A stretch of 64,000 bases of DNA, from contig OX597819.1 of assembly GCA_951406725.2 (NCBI GenBank), positions 46,376,001-46,440,000 of the forward strand, written 5' to 3'. A program made the translations under genes and the position numbers. How positions within the stretch are numbered: position 1 is the first letter of the stretch; the number at the start of each line of letters is the position of its first letter. Shown here piece after piece: positions 18,460 to 32,800 of the stretch. The stretch comes from Octopus vulgaris. Taxonomy: Eukaryota. The notes beneath the pieces were generated by a model. That model was not told the origin of the DNA. It was given only the letters and a program-made list of their open reading frames with translations, and searched no databases.

Positions 18460-18722
18460 CAAATATAAAACTACTAAACAGAAAGAAGGAAAGAAAATTC
18501 TAGAAATATGAAATAAGATTAAAGAACAGTTAAAGCGAGATATCCTCACTTAAGCACAAAGAATCTGTTCGTATGAGAAAGGCCAATGATTCTTTGAAGA
18601 AAGCAAGCAGTTTAATTCCAATCCAAAACGATTCTACCAAGAACTTGATAAAAATAAAATTGAGATCAAAGGAGCACCAGCAGCAGAAGAATCGGAAGAA
18701 TTTTGGAAGAGAAATATGGGCA
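18460..18722 (+). pseudogene. R4/Dong ORF fragment (pre-RT region)
   Basis: Manual translation: IKEQLKRDILT*AQRICSYEK...QFNSNPKRFYQELDKNKIEIKGAPAAEESEEFWK. Confidence 0.7.
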
Positions 18723-18775
18723 GTATGAAATATAGATTGTTGTGGATAAACTGGGTCGAGATTGCGTCCGTCTGC

Positions 18776-19041
18776 ACTTTTGGCCTAAGATATCGACAAA
18801 CTTTGATAGCACTTTGACCAAAACCTTAAACTTTGCATTTATGGGTTATGAGCTACAAGAGTTATGGGTTAGCAGAGTTATGGACAAGAAATGATTATTT
18901 ACTTCTTCAAGACGTTGATGACTAATTCTAGCATATATCTGTAAAACGCGTAAAGCAGACTATCCAAACAAGCGCTCTACATCCCGAATCTCAGCTGCGG
19001 TCGTCAACTGTTCACAGCGACCAACATCATAGGCCAAAAGT
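18776..19041. mobile_element. Inverted-repeat-bounded non-autonomous element (MITE or Helentron/DINE-like)
   Basis: ACTTTTGGCCTAAGAT and ATCATAGGCCAAAAGT form a 15/16 inverted match. GTCCGTCTG lies upstream and AGGTATGAAA downstream. Confidence 0.5.
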
Positions 19042-19989
19042 CGAGGTATGAAAGTAAAAGGGGAATTTTGTTATGTTTTTAAACTAAATACTACTTGGCG
19101 TTTTCTCCAACCCTCTAACATAGTTTTCGACTCTGCTAACGTTATAGTTGTAACTAGCTTGTAACAAAAGCATCATGCCAGAAATTTGAGGGCAACACTC
19201 GATTATAACAACTCCCAGTACTTCACTGGTACTTTTTTAACTTAACACGAAAAGGACAAAAAGAAAAGTCAACCATAGTGATCCAGAACAAATACTGCAA
19301 GGCGTATTGAGTCTAACAATTTAAATAAAATATGTCGATGAAAACTATCTGAACATGCGATACCTAGAATCGTATTTCCCATATTAAACTCTCTTTCGCA
19401 TCAGGATCCAGCAAATTAGCGCTCTAAGGTGCATTAAATAACGTCATTTTACTCATAAGCCAATTACATAGATTGTTAGTGAACAGAGAAATACATAAAT
19501 TCTAGTACACATACATACTCGTACAAAAACATAAACGTATGCATATAGTCAACACACACACGTGTGTGTGTGTGCGTGTAACATTGTCGGTGTGCATGAA
19601 AATACGATGAATATTGAAAACATAAGCTGTTTGCAACTCACTAAAATTATAACTACGAAGTAAAGTGCGAAAGAATTTTATTTCATGTGACATTATATAT
19701 CTTCGAGCAATTTACATTTACCTCGCTCTGCCAGCATCGCCGACATCACCACCACCACCACCACCAACACCAACACCAACACCAACACCACTACTACTAC
19801 TACTACTATTACTGCTCTAATATTTATTTATAACCATTTTATTTAAGTTCTTATTTTTTTTCCTCCAATCCATTTCAATATGGTTTGCATTTTCATACAT
19901 CTTGTTGCTTTTTCGTTTATGTCTTCATATTTTCACTTGCATTATAACTTTAAAATGATCAGGATGCAAATGGTGCTGTGCTGGTGGTG

Positions 19990-20345
<356 letters not shown>

Positions 20346-20955
20346 AGTTTTGTTATTGGTGTTCCTGTGAATGTTGTTGTCGTTGTTGTTGTTAATATCG
20401 TTTTTTTTTCTTATTATTATTGTAGCCTATCACCAGGAAGTTCTAGTGCCGTTGGGCAGGTTGCTGCAGTTGGTTGGGAGCCGAGAGATGGCTAATTTGG
20501 TGCCAATTACATAATGTACAACAGCCTGTTGGTGTGATTGTGAGGGAGCGTAAGCATGTCAGATTCACTAAAACGGGACGTGAAGACAGAATGTCTCTGG
20601 AGAGCATGCGTTACCCAGAAGCCTTTAAACAGAGCCTGGGGATAACATACACCCAGTCTACTAATTATTTTAATATTTTTTGTCAACAAACACGAAAATA
20701 CACCCACCCACACTCACACACACATACACACAGAGAAACACATACGAACGCACACACATATACAAACACACACACGCAAACACATACACACAAATTCCTC
20801 TCTCGATCTGTCTTTACACACACACACACACACATATATATATACATTTATACTTATACGCACTCAAGTATATATGTTTATACACACGCACATATGTATA
20901 TATACATGCACATGTAAATACATATATGTATACATATATATATATTTATATGTGA

Positions 20956-20991
<36 letters not shown>

Positions 20992-21042
20992 TTGTATATG
21001 TATGCATATATACATATCAACATACAAATGCAAGCCTATATA

Positions 21043-21088
<46 letters not shown>

Positions 21089-21123
21089 TATATGTGTATA
21101 TATGTATACATATATATACTTAC

Positions 21124-21189
<66 letters not shown>

Positions 21190-21519
21190 GTATGTATATA
21201 TATATATATTTATATATATATATATATATACACATACATATATATATATATATATATACACATGACTTTCACACACAGATATCGCACAAATATTCAAATT
21301 AAGACCGAATGCGCATACATAAGAGCGCTCACTGCCTCTTGCGTTGCGTTGTATTTTTTTTCCTTATTTTTCTGTTAAATTTTTTAAAACACACGTGCAC
21401 TTATGATTTAGCTTAGAAACATTTCAAAACGAGATAAGAATTTTCGTGGCATTTTTGAATTTTAGACTGGTGAGAGGCTCGAAAGCATTGTTAAGTTTAG
21501 CTAATGAAACATACATAAT

Positions 21520-21657
21520 ATTACAGTTCTTTATTCAAGAGATGAAGAATTATGTACATTATTTACATTATTTACATTATTTACATTTGACGAACAAGAT
21601 GAGGACAAATTACTGTCAAATGTAACTAATGTAAATAATGTAAATAATATACATAAT
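21520..21657. mobile_element. Two inverted 3' tails of the tRNA/hammerhead element (see 32515)
   Basis: (ACATTATTT)n-ACATTTGAC ... AACAAGATGAGGACAAAT ... GTCAAATGT-(AAATAATGT)n; matches 32754-32802. Confidence 0.75.
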
Positions 21658-21809
21658 AATAATGACGATATTTTTCCCAAACTTTCCAGGGAAATCTGAA
21701 AAGCGGCCGTTGGCCCATTTATTAGGATTTTCTTTATTTAATTGGTCTTTGTTGTTTTGTTTTATTTATTCATGTTTCTTTTATGTTTTATTTTTCATCT
21801 TTTATCATT

Positions 21810-22010
21810 ATTTACTTGTTTCAGTCATTAAACTGCGGCCATGCTAGGGCACCGACTTAAAGGGCTTAAGTCGAGCAATTCGACTTCAGCCCTTACGGTT
21901 TTTGTTTCTGTTTTTTTTTTTTCCCATTAGTATTAGGAAACCTGGTACTTATTCTATCGGTCCCTTAGGCCGAACCACGATGTTACGGGGGTAGAACGAA
22001 AGCAGTTGTT
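21810..22010 (-). mobile_element. SINE family B, 3' half
   Basis: TTTACTTGTTTCAGTCATTAAACTGCGGCCATGCT...GGTACTTATTCTATCGG. Confidence 0.8.
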
Positions 22011-22111
22011 ACATGGTGATGAAAGGGAAATACAAATACAAGCGCACACACACAAATACACACACACACACACACATGCACTCTCTCTCTCTCTTTATTT
22101 TTCTCTCTCTT

Positions 22112-22168
<57 letters not shown>

Positions 22169-22326
22169 TATATATACTACTGTATATATACAATAGTATC
22201 AGCGCTAAAGAGAGATGAGAAGACAAATGTAAGAAGTAAACAAAAGGCAAATTCGTTGTAGTTACCGAGGAGTAAAACCTCTTGCTTATGTTGTAGTTTT
22301 GTTAAGCGCAGCAATGGCTTCCTCTA

Positions 22327-22649
22327 GGCGCAGGAATGGCTGTGTGGTAAATGGCTTGCTTACCAACCACATGATTCAGGGTTCAGTCCCACTGCGTGAT
22401 CCCTTGGGCAAGTGTCTTCTAATATAGCCTTGGGACGACCAAAGCCTTGTGAGTAAATTTGGTAAACGGAAACTGAAAGAAGCCCGTCGTATATGTGTGT
22501 GTGTGAGTGTGTGTGTTTGTGTGTCTGTGTTTTTACCCCAACATCGCTTGATAACCTATGTTGGTGTGTTTACGTCCCCGTAACCTAGCGGTTTGGCAAA
22601 AGTGAGCCGATAGAATAAGTACTGGGCTTACAAATAATAAGTCTCGGAG
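22327..22649 (+). mobile_element. SINE family B, 3'-truncated
   Basis: GGCGCAGGAATGGCTGTGTGGTAA head through the CORE-like region to AATAAGTCTCGGAGTCGAC. Confidence 0.9.
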
Positions 22650-22773
22650 TCGACCTCGAAAAGATGAAAGGCAAGGTCGGTCTCGGCGGAATTTGAACTC
22701 AGAACGTAAAGACGGATGAAATGCCACTAAGCGTTTTGCACGGCGCACTAACGATTCTGCCAGTTTGCGACCT
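22650..22773 (-). mobile_element. SINE family A 5' part, fused to the preceding SINE B
   Basis: GATGAAAGGCAAGGTCGGTCTCGGCGGAATTTGAACTCAGAACG...TTCTGCCAG. Confidence 0.85.
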
Positions 22774-23723
22774 TATTACCTTCCTTCACTGAGGCATAGT
22801 AATCGTTTCATGTCAGGCTTAGCTAATATGTGATATTTTATAAAAAGATTCCCCAGGGCCTACAGAATATAGACTATCATAATGCTCAGTCCTTGTTGCA
22901 GTGTGTTGGCTTATATGTCTCAATGATCCCAAGAGCTCTGCTATCAGAGTACAAGCTCCTAGGAGCACTTGACGAGCTGGACAGCTCAAAGGATAGCACT
23001 CACCTTTTGACACATGTAAAAGTGGGTTTGCATTGAGTCATCACCCCTACCTTGACAAAAACTATGTTGCAAAAACATCAATAACAATTAAAAATAAACA
23101 AGACTTGAAAGTGGAAGGCTTTCCTTTAGGGAAACGGGAAGGGTAAAAAGCTGACACCCACTAAAAACAGGTATCCAACTCGAAGAAAAGCAGAAAAAAA
23201 TAGTCTTGAGTCGGGAACGGTGGAGAAAAATCGCCATTGATCTATTCTGCATAGGGAGCAAAAGGTTTAAGTAAGTAAATAATACAGAATAGAGACCAGT
23301 AAACTTCCTTTACCGACCACAAAGTTGTATGTTATGACTGGCACTACAAATGCTTTAATAGCACAAATATAATTTTTACTTTTTAAGTAACGTTTCAAAC
23401 AACATAAACATTCGCTCAGCTTTCACACACAGTTTTACTTTCATTCATGCGCGGGTCTTTATGCAAAGCATAACAGTCCTGTCTCTGTAATATCTCCCCT
23501 CCGTGGAATTCTATCTATTTCCCTAGCCTGTCTGTCTCGTTGTAATGTCACCTATTTTCCAACTCCAAACGAATGTTTCTCTTAAACTTTTTTACAATAC
23601 TAAGATTACTTTGGTTATTCAACAGTGATACATAAAATGAACACGATAATGCTAAAAGCAGAGATCGATGTAATAGACTAGAAATCTTCAAGAGGGTTCT
23701 CCAGCATGGTTGCAGTCCAATAA

Positions 23724-23773
<50 letters not shown>

Positions 23774-24442
23774 TACACTCTTTCTCATTCGTTTTCTCTC
23801 TCTCTCACTCACACACCCTATCTCTTTATCTCCCCCCTCTTTCTCTCTCCCTTTCTCTCTCCCCTCTCCTTCTATTTATATCCCTCTCAATTCTCCTGCC
23901 AATTTCTCCGTCGATTTTTATCACACTCTCTCCCTCCATCTCTCTATATAGCTTTCATTTTCTCTGTAGTCTCTCTCTCACTCTCTCTTTCTCTCTCGCT
24001 TTCTCTCTCGCTTTCTCTCTCTCTTTCTCTCTCTCTCTCTTTCTATCTCTCTTTCTCTCTCTTTTTCTCTCTCTCTTTCTCTCTCTCTTTCTTTCTTTCT
24101 CTCCCTCTTTTCCTCTCCTTGTCTTTCTGTTCCCCTTACGTCTATCATCTGACGGAGTTTTGAATATTTTAAGTTCCAATTTGTCATTAGACTATAATTT
24201 CCAGAACCACCAAAACCACCACCACCATTACCACCACCTCCACCACAACCAACACAACCACCACAACCATTACCACCAACCACTAACCACCAACAAACAC
24301 CAATACCACCACCAACAACAACAACAATAACATCAGTTATATACCATTATATCACAACAGTTACCACTACAACTACCATTAATACTTCTATTATTACTCC
24401 TACTACAACTACAACCAGAACTACAACGTATATCTACATATA

Positions 24443-24603
24443 GGTGTAGGAGTGGCTGTGTGGTAAGTAGCTTGCTTACAAACCACATGGTTCCGGGTTC
24501 AGTCCCTCTGCGTGGCACCTTCGGCAAGGGTCTTCTATTATAGCCTCGGGCCGACCAAAGCCTTGTGAGTGGATTTGGTAGACGAAAACTGAAAGAAGCC
24601 CGT

Positions 24604-24648
<45 letters not shown>

Positions 24649-24906
24649 GTGTGTGTATGTGTGTGGGTGTGTGTGTGTGGGGGGTGTGTTTGTGTGTCTG
24701 TGTTCTCCCCCCAACATAATTTGACGACCGATGCTGGTGGGTTTACGTCCCCGCAACTTAGCGGTTCGGCAAAAGACACCGATAGAATAAGTACAAGGCT
24801 TACAAAGCATAAGTTCCGGGGTCGATTTGCTCGACAAAAGTCGGCTCTCCAGCATAGCCGCAGTGAAATGACTGAAACAGGTAAAAGAGTAAACGAATAA
24901 AAGAGT
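24443..24906 (+). mobile_element. SINE family B, full length
   Basis: GGTGTAGGAGTGGCTGTGTGGTAAG head, B box, internal (TA)n(TG)n and 3' tail. Confidence 0.92.
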
Positions 24907-25282
24907 ATTAATATACCTTAACATCACCAAAATAACGACCGATATATACAACTGCCAATACTACAATCATTAGCACCACCAGAAAAAGCAGAGTAAACCC
25001 CACTTGCGTTTCCCCCATGCGAGCAGCACCAAAGCATGTGACACTAATGTTACCAAAATCACCACCGCCAACGTCAGCAGCAACAGCAGCAACAACAAAA
25101 AGAATGACAAACAGTAACAAGAACAAGAACATTATCACCACCATTGCCAACAACAATAACAACACCAACAACAACGACAAGGAGAAAACAGTGCTTCATC
25201 CAGTTGAAATATTTGAAGTATTTCACGCACGTGGTATCATAGGGAGCACTCCAGTTGCGTAATAGCTGTCTGTCTCTGTATT

Positions 25283-25322
<40 letters not shown>

Positions 25323-25483
25323 ACCCTCTCTCCCTCTGTCTGTGTATATGTGTATACATGTGTGTCCGAGTGTGCGTGTGATATATCCGCATGTGTTTAT
25401 ATATATTTGTACATACATGGTCGTTATTATGACGTATGCATGCGTGTGTATATACATGCATATATATATACATATATGTATAA

Positions 25484-25514
<31 letters not shown>

Positions 25515-25707
25515 TGTATGTATGTATGTGTGTATGTGTGTAGGCAAGTATGTGTCTATATATATATACTCATATATATATATACGTATAGGTATGTATG
25601 TATGCATATTTGTATGCGTGTAACAAACGACGTATGTATATCTTTGCGTATCAATGTATGTATTTATATGCCTAAGCATGCGTGTATGTTATATATGTAC
25701 ATGTAAG

Positions 25708-25752
<45 letters not shown>

Positions 25753-26121
25753 ATGAATATATATATATATGAGTATATATATATATGAAAATAAATATAT
25801 GTACGTGCGTGTGCGTGTGTGTTCGATTGTATGTATGTATGTATGTATGTATGTATGTATGTATGTATGTATGTATCAACGTATGTATGTATGTCTTTTG
25901 GATTTATGGTATGAATGCGTGTGTATATGTGGTTGACTCTATTTAATTCATTCCTAAACTGTCTCCAAACATAATACATGAAAGATATTTAAAACAAAAA
26001 ACAAAAAATATCCTCAAAACCATGTCCCACCAAAAATGTTAGGCGACATTTAACAGCCACCTAAACCCATGCACCCTTTTGAATACAATTCCCTCTCCAA
26101 GCCCGTTTCTCTGTGTATACC

Positions 26122-26192
<71 letters not shown>

Positions 26193-26904
26193 GTCTGTCT
26201 GTCTGTCTATCTGTCTATCTTTCTGATATATTCCGTCTCATTTTATCTGCTTCCCTTATCTTTCCATTCTCTAGTTTTACTTTGTGTCAACATTGCCTCC
26301 TCAAACTTTCTCTACTGTCTTTCATCTCTTTCTATATTTCTACTACACCTCTCTTTCTCCATCTATCGCTCACTTTCTCTCCCCTTCTCTTTCTCTTCCT
26401 TGCTCTCTCTCTTTCTCTCTCTCTTGCTATCTATCTATCTATCTATCTATCTATTTGTTGTGTCTGAAATTTGTCACTATTCTGTCTCATTATCATGTCT
26501 TTCTATACATACACTCTCTCTCTCTTTCTCTTCCTCTCAATCCCCCTATCTATCGCTATTTCCTCTTTCTTCCTCCCCTCTCCCTCTCTCTACACTCACC
26601 CCCTTTCTCTTTTTGCTATCTATCTACTGTCTCCTTACTCTATCTCTCAATACATGCTTCCTCTTTCTCTCTCAAGTCTAACATTTCTCTCTCCCTTAAC
26701 TCCCACTCTCTCCCTCTCTCCTCTATCTCCTTGTCCCTTTGTCCCCCTCTCCCTCTCTTTCTCTCTCTTGCTATCTATCTATTTTTTGTTTCCATATTGT
26801 CTCATTCCTCTGTCTTTCAATACATGCTCTCTCATTCTCTCTCAAGTCTCTAACATTTCTCTCTCCCTTAACTTACTCCCCTCTCACTCTATCTATATAT
26901 TTTT

Positions 26905-27129
26905 CTATTTCTTTTTTACTGCCCACAAGGGACTACACACAGAGAGGACAAACAAGGATTAAGTCGATTATATCGATCCCCAGTGCGTAACTGGTACTTG
27001 TTTAATCGACCCCGACAGGATGAAAGGCAAAGTCGACCTCGACGGAATTTGAACTCAGAACGTAACGGCAGACGAAATATGGCTACGCATTTCGCCCGGC
27101 GTGCTAACGCTTCTGCCAGCTCGCCGCCT
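26905..27129 (-). mobile_element. SINE family A, full length
   Basis: Reverse complement GGCGGCGAGCTGGCAGAAGCGTTAGCACGCCGGGCGAAATG...CTTGTGGGCAGTAAAAAAGAAATAG. Confidence 0.92.
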
Positions 27130-27141
27130 TCTATCTATCTT

Positions 27142-27235
<94 letters not shown>

Positions 27236-27256
27236 CATCTATCTATCTATCCATCC

Positions 27257-27303
<47 letters not shown>

Positions 27304-27364
27304 CATCCATCTATCTATCTATCTATCTATCTATCTATATATCTATCTATCTATCTATCCATCC

Positions 27365-27433
<69 letters not shown>

Positions 27434-28521
27434 ACTATATCTTATAAAGACATTCTTTCTATTCCCTTTCGCTCCTTCCTCTTCAAAACTACAAAACTCT
27501 TCCATCTCTCTTCTATTTTTCTCTAATCCTTCTGCGCTTCTTCCCATGCCATTCTCTCCTTTTTTGCTTTTTATAACTCTTTATTTTATTCCTCTCACTA
27601 ATTTCTCAATGTTTCATTCGCTCTTTTTCGACTTCTTTTTACCTAACACACTTTTTTTCTCTGTCTCTCTACCTGTTTCTTTCTTCCACACTCTCACCTT
27701 TTCCGTTCTCCCCCTTCTCTCCTTCTATCTCCTCCTGCTCCTCTCTTTCTCTCTCTTTATCCGTCTCTCTCCCTCTCTCTCTTCAAAATATCTTTTTCTC
27801 ATCTCCCCCTTTCCCCTTTCTTTCCTATACCAACTCTATATTTCTTTTCCTCCAACTTCTCCTTCTCCTCCTCCTCTCCCTACTTTCATTATTTGTCGAC
27901 CCCACTCCTCTACCTAATTCTAACTAATGTTTTTTTTTCTTTCGAAGCACAGGTTGTAGTGATGGTAGTGTTGTTGGTGGTGGTGGTAGTGTTGGTAGTG
28001 GTGGTGGTAGTGTTGGTAGTGGTGGTGGTGGTAAGGGCTATTTGCAGTTTGTTTGTTTTTTTGTTTTTGGTGGTATTATCGTTTTGTATCATTTTTACAC
28101 AACAACGACGACGACAACAACAACAACAACAACAATAACAACAACAACAGCAACATCACCTTCTTTCCTTCCTTTCTTCCTTCCTTCCTATCCAACTCTT
28201 CAACCCTATAACACCTCGCACCGTACTCCGAATCTAACCTCCCATCCACCTCCTGCTACCGCCACTCCGTCTCCCCCTCATTCCCCTCACTCCTCCCCCA
28301 ACCCACCCATCCCACAACATTTTTACAGTTTACGCTCCATATCCTCCCACTGCCGCCACCATTCCACCCTTTGGCCCACCATTTTTACGAAGACCATTCT
28401 TTAGCCATGAGTCACAGACTTCATCGTTGTTATTGTCGGTTCCATTTTTTTGTTAACACTCTCTATACGTTTTAGTGAGTGAGTGAGTGTGTGTGTGTGT
28501 ATACATATACATTTTAGTGTG

Positions 28522-28567
<46 letters not shown>

Positions 28568-28710
28568 AATACACACATACACACATGCAGACATACAGAT
28601 ATATAGACACGTACATACAAGTATACATACGTATATGCATACATGCAAACATACATCTACGCACATCTATAAACATACCTACACAAATACATATTTATAA
28701 ATATACATAT

Positions 28711-28752
<42 letters not shown>

Positions 28753-28810
28753 TTGTGTATGTATTTTTGTGTGCAATAATTTTTGTTTGTATATATGCAT
28801 CGTAAGTCCC

Positions 28811-28842
<32 letters not shown>

Positions 28843-28865
28843 GAGAGAGAGAGAGGGAGACAGAA

Positions 28866-28970
<105 letters not shown>

Positions 28971-29312
28971 TACTTGTGTATTTTCCTTTCAGCGTGTTAA
29001 TATCGATGTGTGCTTGTGCTTGCGTGCGTACATGAGTGTGTGTGGGTGTGTGTGTGTGTACGTGTATGAGAGTGCAGTGTATGTACGAGAGTGTGTTTGA
29101 GTATATACATATGTGTGTGTGTGTGTGTGTATGTGTACGACAGACAAAGAGGGAGAAAGAAAGGGAAATTATGAGTGTTTTAATATTTATGTAAGCGTCT
29201 GTACGTGTTGTTTATGCATAGATGTAGTATAAACGTATGTGTATGCGCGTTTATATATATATTCTTTTATTTTTTATGTTTCAGTCATTTGATTGCGCCC
29301 ATACTGGAGCAC

Positions 29313-29395
<83 letters not shown>

Positions 29396-30019
29396 ATTCG
29401 TATCAAGGTTTGTGTAAACATGCATGTATGTGATTGTGTGTGTGTGCGCGTGTACATACAGATATTAATAAGACCGTATGTGGGTAAATGAAAACATCAA
29501 TGTGTGTTATGTCATACCTAACTCAATGTCAACATATCTGAGCTTGAGACAGTGTGTACACGAGTATGCAGTGCATATGTGTATGCTTAAGGGTGTGTGT
29601 GTGTGTGTGTGTGCGTATACATACAACTGTCACAATTAGTATTAATGCCTATTGGAATATGTGCATATTTCTGTGTCTAAGTGTGGCATACTCATGTACG
29701 GTCTATGAAAGGGTGGCTATATGTGTAAATTTGTGGTGCGAGTATGTGTATATATATATTTGTATGTGGAGTATGTGTCTGGACGTGTGTTTATTCAAGG
29801 GAAATGTATGTGTGTGAGAGATTCTTCAGTACGACACCCACTTCACCAGGAATTTTTCATTGCTTTTATGTGCATTTTTCATCACCCACCACTCCACCCC
29901 ACCCCGCCCCCACTCTAACAAGTCCGTCCTACCACAGAACATTACCTCTGTCTCAAAATTACGCCGCCTTTCCCTTACATCATCGCAAAAAAAAAAATAC
30001 AAAATTGACATGGTTGTCG

Positions 30020-30291
30020 ACATCGTCATAATAACTATCATCATCATGATCATCATCATCATTATCATCATCATCACTGTCGTCATAATCATCACCATCG
30101 TTGTCATCATCATTATCATTTTCATCATCATCATCATCATCATCATTATCATCATCGCTGTCGTCATAATCATCACCATCGTTATCATCATCATCTTTAT
30201 CATCATCATCATCATCATCATCATCGTCATCATCATCATCGTCAACATTATTATCATTATCATCACCATCGTAATAATCATCACCATCGTT

Positions 30292-30334
<43 letters not shown>

Positions 30335-30587
30335 CTGTCGTCATAATCATTGCCATCGTCATCATCATCATCATCATCATCAACATTATTATCATCACCA
30401 TCACTATCAATATCATCATCATTACTGTCGTCATAATCATTGCCATCATTATCATCATCATCATCACCTTTATCATTATCATCATCAATATCATCATCAG
30501 CACCATCACTACCACCAGCAGCAACATCATCGCCATCATCATCATTGTCAATGCCAGCATAAGCATCACCATCATCATCACAATCAC

Positions 30588-30633
<46 letters not shown>

Positions 30634-30830
30634 GCAACATCATCATCATCATCACCACCTCCATGAGCATAATCAACGTCAGTAATATCACCATCTCCAG
30701 TATCACCTTCGTCACCGACACCATCAACACCATCTCTACCACTACCACCAACATCACCAACGTCATCGCATCGTCAACACCATCATAATCAGTCCCACCA
30801 ACATCGCTACCATCATCGGTAACATCCCCC
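30020..30830. repeat. Degenerate (ATC)n array with recurring ATCACTGTCGTCATAATC units
   Basis: Direct reading. Confidence 0.9.
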
Positions 30831-31769
30831 ATGAAATCAAGAAAGGGGTCATTATGTGGTCGCTTGAACGGCTAAACATAGTAACCAAATCCACCATATC
30901 ATTAGTTTCTAATCTAAAATTAGGAAGAACAAATCTGAAAGTAGGCGGGTTCGTTATGGCTGGTCCTTTATAAACGCACGTCTTTTAAACTGATCTACGA
31001 TCAACTCGTTGCCGCTGTAACCACCTCGCGAAGAACCATTTTGTCCATTAAGTCTTTTCGTTTTTGTAGTGTTTAGTGTAACTTCATGGAGTTTTTACTG
31101 CTATCTCTAGCAAATACAACCTCCTTGTAGACTGTAGAGGCTGCCTAGTTGACTTGTCTTATTATTATTAACATTTCTGCAACTGCTGTTGTTGCTGTTG
31201 CTGTTGTCAACATCGTTACACTACTCTTGTTGCCCTTTTACTGGTTGTTGTAATTGTTGTTCTACTTCTTATTGGTGTTGCTGGTGGTGCTACCAGTGCC
31301 GTCATAAGACATGGGCACTCTCTGCAATTGTCCAGGGCCCTCACAGGTTTAGGGACCCAATTCAAAATTGCCAATAAATAAACACTATTAGGCCCCAGTG
31401 CTCTAGTTTACCCGAGAGCCTATAAAACAATTGAAATGGGCCTGGCTGCTGGTGTCTTCTTCTTCTTCTTCTTCTTCTTCTTCTTCTTCTTCCAATCAGG
31501 ACTCATGCCATTAGCCACGAAGAATAATCTCTAGTTCGAGCCTGCTCTAAGCTACTAAGGATGCATGAGGCAACTTGAAGATCCACCCACCACACGCGAT
31601 AGACTAGTGGTTGCACGGGCGCGAAAGCTACGTTGTTATCCTTATTCCGTAAACGGTGGCTTTTAACGGGTGGAGAGCTGAACCATCTTGGGGTACACAG
31701 GATTCGCAATCTAGACTAGGGTCTGAAAGTTTACCACACCATAGTGGATTACACCATGGTTCTTCTGCT

Positions 31770-31971
31770 TTGTGGCAGAAGTAGGAAGAAAGAGTGAGAG
31801 AAAGTTGTGGTAAAAGAGTACAGTGGGGTTCACCACCACACCCCACCGGAGTCTCGTGGAGCTTAAGTGTTTTTGCTCAATAAACACTCACAATGCCCGG
31901 TCTGGGAATCGAAACCGCGTTCTTACGACTGCGAATCCGCTGCCCTAACCAATGGGCCATTGCGCCACCAC
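31770..31971 (-). mobile_element. tRNA-derived SINE, family D
   Basis: Reverse complement GTGGTGGCGCAATGGCCCATTGGTTAGGGCAGCGG...GGTTTCGATTCCCAGACCGGGC. A second copy lies at 52030-52370. Confidence 0.8.
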
Positions 31972-32514
31972 TGTGGCTGTTGTTGTTATTGCCGTTGTTC
32001 GTTTTATTCTTGCTGCTTGTTCTTTTTCTTATGTGATTGCTTTTTGTTTTGCCCATACAAGGCGCGCACCTGGCGATTAATCATAACACGGGAGACAATA
32101 ATTTCTAGATTAAACTAAACAGGAGCAGATTTGAAACTGCGACTTACAACAAAGTGAAATGTTGGTGTACAGAGAATACACGTTCAATTCTTTTTGTGCT
32201 CATTATAAAATTCTTGAAGTTTCTAATCGTTGGTAGTCATGTATAGCATAGCATTCTTTCGTCATTTTTTGAAATCGTCAGCATTTCATAAGTTGATACA
32301 AATGAATTATGACAAAATTCGAAATTTTACGAAGTTAGACATTTCTTAACGAGGGAAAAGTTTATAGTTTAAAAGTTATTCTTGGTAACAATTATTTTTC
32401 TTCCTAGATCGTTAAGCGTTCAGCAATAGAGAACAGTGAAAGAGGGCGAGGAGAGAGGGAGAGATCGAGTTGAGGGAGGATTTTCCTATATACTGGTTAA
32501 TATTTTCAACACAA

Positions 32515-32616
32515 GGGCGCGGGCATATGCCGTAGTCGTTAAGATAGCAGGTCATTAATTCCAAGGTTCCGAGTTCGATTTCAGGCAGCAACCTGAATAA
32601 CAACAACAACAACAAC

Positions 32617-32647
<31 letters not shown>

Positions 32648-32800
32648 TCAAACAATACCTTAGGAATGAGAACCCAGGTTCGAAATTTCCCCAAGACACC
32701 TGATGATGGCTGACGCTGGCGGGTATATCAGCTGAAACGTTATGTTAACAATAAACAAGATGAGGACAAATATCCGTCAACTGTAAATAATGTAAATAAT

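Noticed and set aside
22790-23275. Possible LINE 5' region/AP-endonuclease remnant on the minus strand
   Set aside because: It is too degenerate to show convincing motifs by eye and needs a profile search.
24443-24520. tRNA genes at SINE heads (also 1822, 27060, 31900, 32521)
   Set aside because: A/B boxes are present, but there is no complete cloverleaf and each continues into a SINE body.
26120-27430. CRISPR-like or regular repeat-spacer array
   Set aside because: It is (CTAT)n plus local duplication of CT-rich units, in a eukaryotic context with no constant repeat/unique spacer pattern and no cas genes.
31294-31444. hAT-like MITE (CAGTGCC...GGGCCTG)
   Set aside because: The terminal match is short and no clear 8-bp TSD is visible.
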